A DNA stretch of 61,060 bases from a virus (IMGVR_UViG_3300032257_000012:1-61060); one strand, 5' to 3'. Numbered from the stretch's first letter, positions 9,443-19,914 are shown. Made by a program: numbers and translations. The notes: generated from the letters alone by a model not told the origin.

Positions 9443-10051
9443 ATGAGCAAACCTAAACGAACAGGATTTAGGGGGATGGGGAAGCATCCACGATACGGCG
9501 TTTGGAACGATATGATCAATCGGTGTGACAATCCAAAGTGCTGGAATTATAAACACTACGGCGGCCGAGGGATTAAAGTGTGCGACGGATGGTATGATTT
9601 TTCAACATACCTCAAAGACACAGAGCGTTTAGATTTCTCAAATGGGCGAACGATTGATCGCATAGAGAATGATCAAGGGTATTTTTCAGAGAACGTAAGG
9701 ACGGCCACACAAACCCAACAAGTGACCAACCAACGAATGAAGAAGTCAAACTCCTCAGGGGCTGAAGGCGTGTATTGGGACGAGCACGCCAACAAATGGC
9801 GTGCTCGGATAAGCATCAACGGAAAGCGCACCAACCTCGGGCTCTTCACCGACCTCGACGACGCGACGAAAGTGCGTCACGCATGGGAATACTACCGCCA
9901 CTACCTAATACACCCAGACGCCACACCGCCAACTAAACCAATGAGTACTTCGACACCTTGTCTTGGTATTGAACCATCGAATGATTCTTTATCGTCGGAT
10001 ATTGACTCTGAAATCCAGCTCGTACCCAATCCCAAGCCGACGGATACTTAA
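9443..10051 (+). CDS. HNH-AP2 homing endonuclease, paralog of 2372-2866
   Basis: YGGRGIKVC...TIDRIENDQGY...KWRARISINGKRTNLGLF; clear similarity to the first copy. Confidence 0.85.
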   Translation: MSKPKRTGFRGMGKHPRYGVWNDMINRCDNPKCWNYKHYGGRGIKVCDGWYDFSTYLKDTERLDFSNGRTIDRIENDQGYFSENVRTATQTQQVTNQRMKKSNSSGAEGVYWDEHANKWRARISINGKRTNLGLFTDLDDATKVRHAWEYYRHYLIHPDATPPTKPMSTSTPCLGIEPSNDSLSSDIDSEIQLVPNPKPTDT

Positions 10052-10637
10052 CGATTTTGTTTTTAAGAATCAACCTAGGCTTAGCAATATGTTTAAAAAG
10101 CGATAGCCGGAAGGGGAGCCTTGGCACAGGGTCGAGTAAATTTACGTACCGGACGAATTCGATATCCGAATTTTCCATGATTTCATCAGCACTATCCTGG
10201 TGAAAAACTCTTGGACTGCCATAGGAATAAACCCGTGAAACAGACACCCCCTCAGATTCCAACGCTAGGCCAGCGATCTGCGCGAGTGCGCCGCCCAATG
10301 AATGACCAGACAGAACAAATGGTCTGTCTGGCATCTTGGAAATAAACTGCCACATGTGACGCTTCACGGATTCGAACGCATTAATAAAACCTTGGTGCCC
10401 GAGGTACGGACCAAACTCTCCAAAACTAGAATCCAGATTTGTACGCCAATCTTTAATGTTCGCCTCCGACCCACGGAAAATGATCTGATGATAGTCAAAC
10501 CCATCAACCGCCGAAAATATAAAACCTTGGGTATCTGTGGATCTGTTCTCAATAAGCTTACCGCCAATCTGCTGAAGAAGATTATCTTCATACGACAAAT
10601 TTGCTAAAGTACTCATGCGGATGGTAACATAGCTCAT
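9933..10637 (-). CDS. class 3 lipase (alpha/beta hydrolase)
   Basis: FRGSE, HQGF, GHSLGGALA nucleophile elbow, YGSPRV, DPVPRLP and a C-terminal catalytic His (NHSM). Confidence 0.88.
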   Translation of the reverse strand: MSYVTIRMSTLANLSYEDNLLQQIGGKLIENRSTDTQGFIFSAVDGFDYHQIIFRGSEANIKDWRTNLDSSFGEFGPYLGHQGFINAFESVKRHMWQFISKMPDRPFVLSGHSLGGALAQIAGLALESEGVSVSRVYSYGSPRVFHQDSADEIMENSDIEFVRYVNLLDPVPRLPFRLSLFKHIAKPRLILKNKIVKYPSAWDWVRAGFQSQYPTIKNHSMVQYQDKVSKYSLV

Positions 10638-10705
10638 CCTAAATCTCCATTTAATACTCGTGTGGGATCATTTTACCACAAACAATAATTCCACAGGACA
10701 ATTTT

Positions 10706-12781
10706 ATGACTGAGGTTTCACAACAGCTAACCGTGATCACGCAAGATTGGCAAACCACAATACTAGAAGATTTAGAGAAACGGAAGATACCACCTACCAA
10801 ATTAACAACCACGTGCCGGATGGTGTCCCCTGAAGAGACCAAAGAGATCACCAACTTCAAACACCCGTCGCTAGAATTTATCTACCGAGATTTCAACGGC
10901 CTGGAAATCCCTAGTGGGAATAGATACAAACTATATATCCCCGACGAAGTGCGGGCAAAGTCAAAGAAACGCCTCCCAAAATATATGGGGGTGAAAGACG
11001 CGGAGCCGCAGCTATATCTTTCTCCACTACTTTCACAAAAAACTACCTGGGAAGAAGTCTCTAAGGATGTTTCCAAAGACATAATTATTTCAGAGGGAGA
11101 GTTCAAAGCAATAACAGCAACGATGTTTGATTTTATCGTTGTATCTATCTCGGGGGTGTGGTCGTTCATGTCCACCAAACATGAGATGCCATTTCTTCCA
11201 GCACTGAATGAAATAACTTGGGCGGATGGATCTAGCCGACGGGCGGTGTATTTGTCGTTTGACGCCGACATCCACACAAATGCTAATGTGTACAAAGCGC
11301 TTCATACGTTGGCCTCTCAGCTCACGGCAAGAGGGGCGAACGTTTATATCTCGGTCGTGCCGGTGCTGGATGGGGATAAAGGGACTGGGCTAGATGATTT
11401 CCTAATCCACCCATCCGGCGGACCTGACAAATACGAGAAGATGTTGGCGGAAGCTCCCGCGTTTGCGTGCTGCGAAACGTTGATCCAGCTCAATCAGGAA
11501 GTTAGCTACTTACAAAACCCCGGTCTGGTCATCCGCCGGGACACAGATAGAATGGCCAAGGCTTGGGATTTTTGCGGACACCAATACTCAAACAGATACT
11601 ACTACGAAACGACGCAAAAAGGCGCACTGATAAAAAAGAAAGCGGCGCCAGCGTGGCTGGATTGGGAGGGAAGAAGTGAGCTGGCTGGGCTAACATACGC
11701 CCCAGGAAAGGATAAAATCCTACCTGGCAAACATTGGAACCTATGGAGTGGGTGGGGGGTGGAGCCGGTACAGGGGTCAATAGCGCCCTGGACTAAGCTG
11801 CTTGATTCGGTGTTCAAAGGGAGCGTGCGCCATCGTACTTGGTTCGAGCAGTGGGCGGCGTTTCCTCTACAAAATCCGGGTATTAAACTGTTTACTGCTG
11901 TGGTAATATGGGCAGCTCAGCAGGGGAACGGCAAAACATTGATCGGCAACACATTGGGAATGCTCCACGGGGCGTCGGGCACGACGCACAATTACATCGA
12001 AGTTGGTAATGCGGAATTACACTCGTCATTCAATCAGTGGGCCAAAAATAAAACACTAATTCACTGCGACGAGATAACCGGCACCGACAACATGACCCGC
12101 CATGATCGATTCAAAAAACTTATCACACAAACAAAACAACAAATAAACGAAAAAGGTATTGGGGGATACGAAATTCCAGACTGCGCCGCGTGGTACTTCA
12201 CGTCAAACAACCCAAACGCACTCTACTTGGAGGCTATGGATCGTCGATTCTTTATTTGGGAGTTGATCGGCGCGTTGCCTGAAGAATTTTTCTTCGAAGA
12301 ATATGGGCCGTGGTTGGAAGGTGGAGGGCCATCGCACCTAATGTACCACCTAATGAACCTAGATTTAACAGGGTTCAACCCCCATGCTCGTGCTCCACAC
12401 ACCGCGTTTAAACAAGCAATGATCGAAGACTCCAAAGGCATCGCAGCCAATTGGATAATCAGGCTAGGAAATTTAGATAACGACCTTCTGAGTGGCGTAC
12501 CGCCAGAGTGCGACCTATTTACCGCCCACCAGCTACTTACCGTGTTCAAAGCGACGGTGGATGACAGCGACCATGTTCACGCAGTCACGTTTTCTAATCT
12601 TCTGAAAAAGACAGGCTTTAGGCAATTGCCCCCCATCTTGATGCACGGCCACCCAACTAGATTGTACGCCGTAAGGCAGCCACAATATTGGTCGAGTAGA
12701 GTAGAAGCTGATATAGATACTGCGAAAAAAGAAATAAAAGCGCACTTCACACTTCATTTCCCAGACCATGGGAGAGCTTAG
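10706..12781 (+). CDS. primase-helicase (TOPRIM-like DUF3854 plus SF3/D5-like NTPase)
   Basis: IISEGEFKA, FDAD and GLDDFL primase motifs; Walker A QQGNGKT, Walker B HCDE, DRRF. Confidence 0.85.
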   Translation: MTEVSQQLTVITQDWQTTILEDLEKRKIPPTKLTTTCRMVSPEETKEITNFKHPSLEFIYRDFNGLEIPSGNRYKLYIPDEVRAKSKKRLPKYMGVKDAEPQLYLSPLLSQKTTWEEVSKDVSKDIIISEGEFKAITATMFDFIVVSISGVWSFMSTKHEMPFLPALNEITWADGSSRRAVYLSFDADIHTNANVYKALHTLASQLTARGANVYISVVPVLDGDKGTGLDDFLIHPSGGPDKYEKMLAEAPAFACCETLIQLNQEVSYLQNPGLVIRRDTDRMAKAWDFCGHQYSNRYYYETTQKGALIKKKAAPAWLDWEGRSELAGLTYAPGKDKILPGKHWNLWSGWGVEPVQGSIAPWTKLLDSVFKGSVRHRTWFEQWAAFPLQNPGIKLFTAVVIWAAQQGNGKTLIGNTLGMLHGASGTTHNYIEVGNAELHSSFNQWAKNKTLIHCDEITGTDNMTRHDRFKKLITQTKQQINEKGIGGYEIPDCAAWYFTSNNPNALYLEAMDRRFFIWELIGALPEEFFFEEYGPWLEGGGPSHLMYHLMNLDLTGFNPHARAPHTAFKQAMIEDSKGIAANWIIRLGNLDNDLLSGVPPECDLFTAHQLLTVFKATVDDSDHVHAVTFSNLLKKTGFRQLPPILMHGHPTRLYAVRQPQYWSSRVEADIDTAKKEIKAHFTLHFPDHGRA

Positions 12782-12782
12782 A

Positions 12783-13148
12783 ATGAACATCCAAGAAATG
12801 ATAGAGGCATTGGCCGCTAAAAAAGAAGCATTAGACGCCAATGTTAAGGCGGGGAAAATATTACAAGAGGAATATAACGAGCTGGAAACGAAGCTAGTGG
12901 GCGCAATGCTCCGCGCTGGCGTCGATACGGCGGGTAGTGGGGGGTTGACGTTCAAGAGGACTATTAAATTTCAACCGAAGACAACTAGCTGGGAGGATCT
13001 ATACACACACGTGGCCGCGACAGGGGAGTTTGATTTGTTGCACAAACGCCTAAGTTCAACGGCCTGCAACGCACGATGGGGGGAAGAACATGAAATACCT
13101 GGAGTAGAGAAGTACCGGATGGAGAAGTGGGAATTGTCTAACAAATGA
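12783..13148 (+). CDS. conserved replication-module protein
   Basis: Coiled coil plus FDLLHKRLS...EIPGV; typical position before SSB and PolA. Confidence 0.6.
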   Translation: MNIQEMIEALAAKKEALDANVKAGKILQEEYNELETKLVGAMLRAGVDTAGSGGLTFKRTIKFQPKTTSWEDLYTHVAATGEFDLLHKRLSSTACNARWGEEHEIPGVEKYRMEKWELSNK

Positions 13149-13159
13149 GGAATCAAAAA

Positions 13160-13429
13160 ATGTCTGAAGAAATCGTAGCCATACGTGACATAGAGAGTGT
13201 CGTGGAAAGTGAGTTTTACTTCCAGCCAGGCGGCACAACATTGACTATCTGCGTACTAACGACTGTGGCAGGGTTTCATGTGACAGGGGAGAGTGCTTGT
13301 GTTTCCCCTAGTAATTTCGACAAGAAAGAGGGGGAGGGCTTATCTAGGAAAGATGCAATACGGAAGTTGTGGGAGTTGGAAGGGTATTTACTAACAAACA
13401 AACTGCATGAGGAATCAAAAAATGTCTGA
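13160..13429 (+). CDS. N4 Gp49/Sf6 gp66-family protein, candidate nucleotide-signal sponge
   Basis: TLTICVLTTVAGFHVTGESACVSPSNFD...KLWELEGYLL family signature. Confidence 0.8.
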   Translation: MSEEIVAIRDIESVVESEFYFQPGGTTLTICVLTTVAGFHVTGESACVSPSNFDKKEGEGLSRKDAIRKLWELEGYLLTNKLHEESKNV

Positions 13430-14207
13430 AGAAATCGAAATGAAAAGTCAAGTAGTAGCAATTGAAGACGCACCAATAAACGACGCGGCGGCGTGGGGAG
13501 CGGCGGCACCTGCGGATGCCATTGTTAAAGAAGAATCGTTTACCAAGATCACTATCAAGAACGGCAACCTACGTTTCGACGATACTGTGTTGGGCAATGA
13601 TGTTAAGTTTGTGGTAGTGGCAGATCGAATTGAGCGTGCGTATTTCTCTGGAAGCTACGATCCCAAGGAAACGTCGGCACCAGAGTGCTTCGCCATCGGG
13701 ATGACAGAAGTGGGCCTTAGTCCACACGAAAACTCTTCTGACAAACAACACGACTCATGCGAAACATGTCCAATGAACCAATGGGGTAGCGGTGATGGGG
13801 GGGAAGGTAAAGCGTGTAAAGAGCGTCGCCGATTGGCGCTTGCACCCCCTCCAGGCGACCGTCCACTCAATGGATTGGAGGCACTGATCGGGATGACACT
13901 CCCCCCAACCAACTTGAAATATTTTCGCAAGTACAAAACAACGCTCAACAGCATCCATCAGCGCCAGATGTTCAGTGTTGTGACTAGCTTCAAAGTCATT
14001 GAAGAAGGCACCTGGGAAGTCGTCGAGCCGTCGCTTGCAGGGGGTTTGTCCCAGGAAAATATCGCGGGGGTTGTAAAACTGATCGAGCGTTCGAAGGAAA
14101 TGTTGGATCAGCCATACCAACCAAAAGAAGCCGGTGCCACTAAGAAGCCAAAGAGCGACGATGCGCCGATCACTGGGTCGCGTCGTAAACTAAACGCCCG
14201 CGCCTAA
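13422..14207 (+). CDS. putative ssDNA-binding/annealing protein
   Basis: CETCPMNQWGS...GKACKERRRLA motif; immediately upstream of PolA. Confidence 0.55.
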   Translation: MSEEIEMKSQVVAIEDAPINDAAAWGAAAPADAIVKEESFTKITIKNGNLRFDDTVLGNDVKFVVVADRIERAYFSGSYDPKETSAPECFAIGMTEVGLSPHENSSDKQHDSCETCPMNQWGSGDGGEGKACKERRRLALAPPPGDRPLNGLEALIGMTLPPTNLKYFRKYKTTLNSIHQRQMFSVVTSFKVIEEGTWEVVEPSLAGGLSQENIAGVVKLIERSKEMLDQPYQPKEAGATKKPKSDDAPITGSRRKLNARA

Positions 14208-14247
14208 CAATCAACCGGACAGGGACGTCCATTTTTAGGAGAGGTTT

Positions 14248-16131
14248 GTGAGCAGAACACTAATAACAGCAACCGTAGATTTCGAAACCTTCAAAATAGA
14301 AGGTAGAGAACATCCTGCCCCCATCCCAGTGGGGGTGGCTATTTATGCGCCGTTGGAAGATCCGGTGTATTATTCTTGGGGACATCCTTATGGCAACAAC
14401 TCAACTAAAGAGGAGGCATACGAAGCACTTAAGGCGGTCTACGACCGTTGGCCCATACTTTGCCACAATACTAAATTCGACTTCGACGTGGCAAACGCCC
14501 ACATGGGGATGCCACTCCTACCGAAGCATGGGTACCACGAAACGATGTTCTTGGCGTTCGCCAACAACCCACACGAACTAACTTACAGCTTAAAACCTTT
14601 GGCAGATAGATATCTAGACATGCCACCGGAAGAACAAGCCGCGGTCTATGAGTACATCAACAACCACGTATTCACCTCCGAACCCAAGGGGGAGGGGGAA
14701 GTTCAGGTGTGCCAAATGGGTAAGCCAGAAGGTTGGCACCACATCCCCCCATCCATGAATGGCGCTTTTATCGCATACGCTCCAGGGGATTTAGTTGGGC
14801 AATATGCGGTTGGCGACGTTGTTCGAACATCGGACCTGTTTGATCTTTGGTGGCCTGAAATAATCGCTAAAGGGATGGGTGCGTGGTATCAGATGGAGCT
14901 TGATTTGATGCCTATTCTCTTGGAGAATGAGCGTGAAGGAGTGCGCGTCGATGCGTCGGGGCTACGCGACGAAGTGGTGCGACTAGAGACAGATCTTGAA
15001 ATCGTAAATAAATGGCTTCTCAATCGGCTAGGTGACATCAATCTTGATTCTGGCAATCAAGTTGCCGACGCGATGGAGAAACTTGGTGTCGTATCGGAAT
15101 GGAAACGTACCCCGAAGGGGAAGCGCAGCACGAAGAAGGATGATCTAGTTGAGTGTTGTTCTGACATTGACTTGGTTAACGTATTCCGCCATCGAAATAT
15201 CCTAATCTACAACCTTCGAACGTTCTGTCGTCCTTGGCTGGCCCAGCTCGAAACAACGGGAGATAGAATCCACACGAGTTGGAATCAAATCAGGGGTGAA
15301 GGCGGGGGCGCTCGGACAGGACGCTTGTCGGGGAATCCAAACTTCTTAAACGTACCTAACCCAGCTAAAGCCCCTACACTACCGGAAGACCTTAAATCCC
15401 AGGGAGTTGCGCATCTACCCTTCCTACGAAACCAAATAATCCCGGATGATAGCGACAGTGTTTTATTAGGCGTTGATTTTTCCGCACAAGAGATACGTAT
15501 CTTAGCACATTTCGAAAAAGGTAGTTTACTGGATGGGTATCTAGCGAACCCAGGACTCGACGTGTACCAAGATAGCGCAGATCAATTGAAGGCTAAGGAT
15601 GGGGTGGTAGTATCTAGGAAAGAAATGAAGGTGATATTCCTAGCAGTTCTCTACGGTATGGGGCTGGCGTCACTAGCGAAGGCCCTTGGCACCACAAAGG
15701 ATATTGCTAAAGGGTTTATGGATGCGTTTCTAAGCTCACGCCCCGACGTGGCGGCGTTGAAGAAGCGCACGTCGAGAGGTCGAGAGATTATTACAATGGG
15801 GGGAAGGATTCATCCGGTTGAGAAGCCTAAAATGATTGACGGAAAGATGCGGACGTTCGAGTATAAGTTGTTGAATGCGCTAATTCAGGGGTCCGCCGCC
15901 GTGATGACTAAGTGGGCCATGATACAGTATTGTAGGAATAAACAGCACGGAAGGTTGGTGTTGAGCATACACGATGAGTTGATGATCAGCGTTCCAAAAT
16001 CTAATTGGGAAAGTGAGTTAGTTATTTTGAAGGATGCCATGGAAGATATGAGCGCGTTCGAGTTCTCTGTGCCGGTTACAACCGATGCGGCGATGAGTGA
16101 TAAATCCTGGGGGGAGATGGTTGAGCTATGA
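14248..16131 (+). CDS. polA: family A DNA polymerase with 3'-5' exonuclease
   Basis: Exonuclease DFET and HNTKFD; RTGRLS; motif A DFSAQEIRILAH; motif B RKEMKVIFLAVLYG; motif C IHDE. Confidence 0.95.
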   Translation: MSRTLITATVDFETFKIEGREHPAPIPVGVAIYAPLEDPVYYSWGHPYGNNSTKEEAYEALKAVYDRWPILCHNTKFDFDVANAHMGMPLLPKHGYHETMFLAFANNPHELTYSLKPLADRYLDMPPEEQAAVYEYINNHVFTSEPKGEGEVQVCQMGKPEGWHHIPPSMNGAFIAYAPGDLVGQYAVGDVVRTSDLFDLWWPEIIAKGMGAWYQMELDLMPILLENEREGVRVDASGLRDEVVRLETDLEIVNKWLLNRLGDINLDSGNQVADAMEKLGVVSEWKRTPKGKRSTKKDDLVECCSDIDLVNVFRHRNILIYNLRTFCRPWLAQLETTGDRIHTSWNQIRGEGGGARTGRLSGNPNFLNVPNPAKAPTLPEDLKSQGVAHLPFLRNQIIPDDSDSVLLGVDFSAQEIRILAHFEKGSLLDGYLANPGLDVYQDSADQLKAKDGVVVSRKEMKVIFLAVLYGMGLASLAKALGTTKDIAKGFMDAFLSSRPDVAALKKRTSRGREIITMGGRIHPVEKPKMIDGKMRTFEYKLLNALIQGSAAVMTKWAMIQYCRNKQHGRLVLSIHDELMISVPKSNWESELVILKDAMEDMSAFEFSVPVTTDAAMSDKSWGEMVEL

Positions 16132-16298
16132 AAATTGAGATCCCAGATAACGACGTGCTCGCCGTGACTAAGTTTCTACAACTGCCCCCCGTTAAAAGAG
16201 AGGTGCTATCCAACAGAATTTTTGAAGTATGGGATGATCTTTACTATTGGAAAGATCCCCCACAACAACGTCTTGATTTCACCCAAGGAGAAAACTAA

Positions 16299-16982
16299 AT
16301 GCAAAAATTAACTGCGTGGTCCTATTCTGCATACAATACATATCAGACATGCCCACGACAACTAGCGTACAACAAAGACAAGTCGCTCAAGAAGCCTAAA
16401 AACGTACATCTACAGAGAGGCATCGACGTTCACAAAGAGTGTGAAGATTACTTGAAAGGCATACTACCAGAGCCGTCCGACTCTATGGCGCAGTTAGATA
16501 GAGACTTTAAGAAACTGAAAGAGTTGGAGCCTTTGTCAGAAATTCAATGGGCAGTGGACGAGAATTGGAACGAGACTTCTTGGTTTGATAAGAGCACTTG
16601 GTGCCGTAGTATCGCCGATGCGGCGTATGAAGTAGATGATACCACACTTACGATTATTGACTTCAAGACCGGCAAGATTCGTGACTCATATGTTCTTCAA
16701 CTGGACCTAATGGCGACGGTAGCTATGTCTATCATCGACGTTGAGTTTGTGCGCCCTGAGCTTTGGTTCCTAGACCAAGGGGAAATACGCAAAGGGCGGG
16801 GGGAAGGCAAAGTCGCGGTGTTTTCCCACAAAGAGTTGGGAGAGTTGCGAGAACAATGGGAAGAACGGGTAGAGCCGATGATGAACGATACAACGTTTGA
16901 TCCTAAACCTAACTTCCTTTGTGGTTGGTGTGATTATTCAAAGGACAAGGGTGGGCCGTGCCAGTTTGGTGGGGGCAAGTGA
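16299..16982 (+). CDS. PD-(D/E)XK exonuclease (Cas4/RecB-like)
   Basis: WSYS..CP, RGIDVH, IIDFKTG and C-terminal CGWCDY...C. Confidence 0.85.
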   Translation: MQKLTAWSYSAYNTYQTCPRQLAYNKDKSLKKPKNVHLQRGIDVHKECEDYLKGILPEPSDSMAQLDRDFKKLKELEPLSEIQWAVDENWNETSWFDKSTWCRSIADAAYEVDDTTLTIIDFKTGKIRDSYVLQLDLMATVAMSIIDVEFVRPELWFLDQGEIRKGRGEGKVAVFSHKELGELREQWEERVEPMMNDTTFDPKPNFLCGWCDYSKDKGGPCQFGGGK

Positions 16983-17078
16983 TGGGATACTTACTAATCG
17001 CTTGTCTTCTCGCCTATGTCATAGGCACTGGGTTTATTTTTTGGTATGTTTGGCACGCGATGCGGGACGTCCTAAACC

Positions 17079-17405
17079 ATGGCGATAAGAGAATCTAAAA
17101 TTGAAAAGGATTTCGGTGCGTATATAGAGTCTTATGGGGGGATGTTCTTGAAATGGAAATCCCCCGGCTTAGCGGGTGTGCCGGACCGTATCATACTGCT
17201 CGACGGTCGCGTTGCCTTCTTCGAGATGAAAGCAATAAACGGGGTGCGCAGCCCCATGCAGATCTATGTACACAAAGAAATGCGAAAGCGTGGTATCGTC
17301 GTGTACGTACCCACGTCGCTCGCGGAGGCAATTGAAATGTTTGGGAGGTTTCGTGCAGAAAATACCACAAATAAATTTTCACAAATACCAAGAGAAGGCG
17401 ATTAG
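17079..17405 (+). CDS. VRR-NUC nuclease
   Basis: RESKIE...GVPDRI...FFEMK...PMQ. Confidence 0.85.
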   Translation: MAIRESKIEKDFGAYIESYGGMFLKWKSPGLAGVPDRIILLDGRVAFFEMKAINGVRSPMQIYVHKEMRKRGIVVYVPTSLAEAIEMFGRFRAENTTNKFSQIPREGD

Positions 17406-18750
17406 TTTTCTTCTTGGGCAGGGGTGTGGGGGGTTGTTTCTTTCCCCAGGACTGGGCAAGTCGCCTATTACGTTGGAAGTTATTGCAGAGCTTCTTGACA
17501 AGAAAAAAATACGTAAGACTTTAATAATCGCCCCTCTTAGGGTGGTGTATTCCACGTGGCCAACGGAGATAAAAAAATGGCTAGACTTTGAGGATCTAAC
17601 CTACACTATTTTACATGGGACACAAAAAGACAAAAACTTAGAGAAGGATGTTGATATCTACCTCATGAACCCAGATGGGCTCTCGTGGCTCATACGCACA
17701 CTAGACCCGACGGGGAAGAAGAAAGAAATCGAGCACAAATTCGATATGCTCGTTATCGATGAGTCAAGCCAGTTCAAACACACCAACACCGCACGGTTCA
17801 AACTTCTTAAGAAAATACTAAACGACTTTAGAAGGAAAACAATCCTAACCGGCTCCCCCGTGGCCAATGGATATCTTGGTATTTTCGGCCAAATTTACAT
17901 ACTTGATCAAGGACTAAGCTTGGGTCGATATATAACCCATTTCAAAAACAAGTACTTCACGCCATCAGGATATGAAGGATATACATGGACGATTCAGCCC
18001 GATGGGGAGGGAAGGATTTTAAAAGCGATCGAGCCTTACGTGATGCATATGTCGGCAGAGGATTTTTTGGAAATGCCGGAACTCATCTATGTAGACCGCA
18101 AAGTTGACCTACCTCCCGCCGCGATGAAGATCTACCAGGAAGTTAAGAAAGAGCTGATATCCTCCATAGGGGAGGAAGATCTCGTCGCTGGCTCAGCAAG
18201 CGTCGCGTCGATGAAATGTCGTCAGATCGCAAATGGGGGTGTGTATTTAGTGTCTGGTGATGTGGAATCCGTGCGCCATATCCACGACGAGAAGACGAAA
18301 GAACTTCGCTCGTTGATCGACGAACTCGAAGGTAGCCCCGCTCTCGTCGCTTACGAGTTTAAGCACGATTTGGCACGCATTAGGAAGGAGTTTGGAGAAG
18401 ATATCCCCCATATTGGCAGTGGAGTGTCGCCGAAAGATACAATGCAGATTGTGGATGATTGGAATGCGGGCAAGATCTCCGTGTTGGTTTGTCACGGAAA
18501 GTCCATGGCGCATGGGTTGAACATGCAACAAAGCGGAAACGCTGTTATTTTTTATTCAATCCCGTGGGATTTGGAAACCTACGAGCAATTGATACGTCGT
18601 GTGTATCGTCAGGGGCAAAAGAACAGAGTTTTTGTGTATCATATTGCGGCAAGAAATACCGTCGATACTACGATACTGAGATCACTTAAGGAGAAGGACA
18701 ACACCCAGAAGGGATTCTTAAATTGGTTGAAAGAAGAGATTGAGGAGTGA
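17353..18750 (+). CDS. SNF2-family helicase
   Basis: PGLGKS, IDES, LTGSP, HGLNMQ, RVYRQGQ; GTG start behind GGAGG. Confidence 0.9.
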   Translation: MQKIPQINFHKYQEKAISFLLGQGCGGLFLSPGLGKSPITLEVIAELLDKKKIRKTLIIAPLRVVYSTWPTEIKKWLDFEDLTYTILHGTQKDKNLEKDVDIYLMNPDGLSWLIRTLDPTGKKKEIEHKFDMLVIDESSQFKHTNTARFKLLKKILNDFRRKTILTGSPVANGYLGIFGQIYILDQGLSLGRYITHFKNKYFTPSGYEGYTWTIQPDGEGRILKAIEPYVMHMSAEDFLEMPELIYVDRKVDLPPAAMKIYQEVKKELISSIGEEDLVAGSASVASMKCRQIANGGVYLVSGDVESVRHIHDEKTKELRSLIDELEGSPALVAYEFKHDLARIRKEFGEDIPHIGSGVSPKDTMQIVDDWNAGKISVLVCHGKSMAHGLNMQQSGNAVIFYSIPWDLETYEQLIRRVYRQGQKNRVFVYHIAARNTVDTTILRSLKEKDNTQKGFLNWLKEEIEE

Positions 18751-18756
18751 TATTAG

Positions 18757-19071
18757 ATGAAAGAAAACTACTTTGTGTACAACGCGCCCTACGGAGAATA
18801 TAACTTCCACGCCACACTTGCTGATGCGCTAGCTGACGCACGTGTGTGCGTAATCGACTGTCTCGACGTAGGTGAGTGGGATGAGGAAGTTGGCAATATT
18901 TATGTGGGAGAGGTTTCCCATCGTGTAGTCCCCGTAAATGTCACTGAGCGTCCCCCGGAAGAAGAGCTAGATGAAGAAGGATATGATGAGGAAGGTGACT
19001 ATTGGGGGGATGGCATTAGTCACCGATGTAATTATGTGCTTGAGGGGGTTGAAAGTGAAAAGAGAACATAA
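18757..19071 (+). CDS. acidic hypothetical protein
   Basis: ORF track; very D/E-rich. Confidence 0.6.
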   Translation: MKENYFVYNAPYGEYNFHATLADALADARVCVIDCLDVGEWDEEVGNIYVGEVSHRVVPVNVTERPPEEELDEEGYDEEGDYWGDGISHRCNYVLEGVESEKRT

Positions 19072-19236
19072 TACTGAAAACACACAGTTTGCCGGTGGAT
19101 TTTGCGAAGTCTGCGAACTCCCCCCTGAGCAATTTACTACTGACTGTCTAGGGAGCGTCGTACCCGACGTTTACAAAGATTTGGTAGTATGGGGTGGACT
19201 AGATTACGTCGCTGGCGAATGGGTGAGGATAGATAA

Positions 19237-19914
19237 ATGAAAAAGAAACAAATGATAGAGACCGCTACAGTCTGCGGGAAAACGATTACAATTGACGTCG
19301 CTGCTTTGGTGTCTGGGGAGTCGATGTACTTTAACGCGACTGAGATTGCTAAGGAGTTTGGTGTAAGGCTTGATAATTTTATGGTTATGCAATCCACACT
19401 TGAATATATAACCCTACTTTCTAACTCCCTAGATAGTAGTGATTTAGAAATTGTGGTTACTAAGAAGGGAAAATATGGAGGGACATGGTTGCATCAAGGA
19501 TTAGCTCTTAAGTTTGCGCGATGGATTAGTGTTGCGTTTGAGTTCCATCTTGATCGGTGGATCGAAGCACGCCTAAAGGAAGAGCAACTGAGATCTGATG
19601 ATCGACAAGCGTCTCGCCTAGAATGGCCAGAAATGACGGCTGCCATCACTGCGGCACATAGTGAGCCAAAGTTTTATCACTACAGTACGGAAGCTGACTT
19701 GATTAATAGAATCGCACTTGGTATGACATCTAAGCAGTTTAAGGCTCTGATGGAGTGTGGCAACGTGCGGGATGTCTTAGATGCCGTACAAATTAAGAAA
19801 GTCAAGGCACTTCAACGGCTGAACACTTCCATGATTGAGCTAGGAATGAGCTACCAAGATCGGAAGTTGAAACTTAAAGAAAGATTCCCTACCCCCATGG
19901 AGTCCCAGGAATGA
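19237..19914 (+). CDS. KilA-N domain protein
   Basis: YFNATEIAKEFG...GGTWLHQGLALKFARWIS. Confidence 0.88.
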   Translation: MKKKQMIETATVCGKTITIDVAALVSGESMYFNATEIAKEFGVRLDNFMVMQSTLEYITLLSNSLDSSDLEIVVTKKGKYGGTWLHQGLALKFARWISVAFEFHLDRWIEARLKEEQLRSDDRQASRLEWPEMTAAITAAHSEPKFYHYSTEADLINRIALGMTSKQFKALMECGNVRDVLDAVQIKKVKALQRLNTSMIELGMSYQDRKLKLKERFPTPMESQE

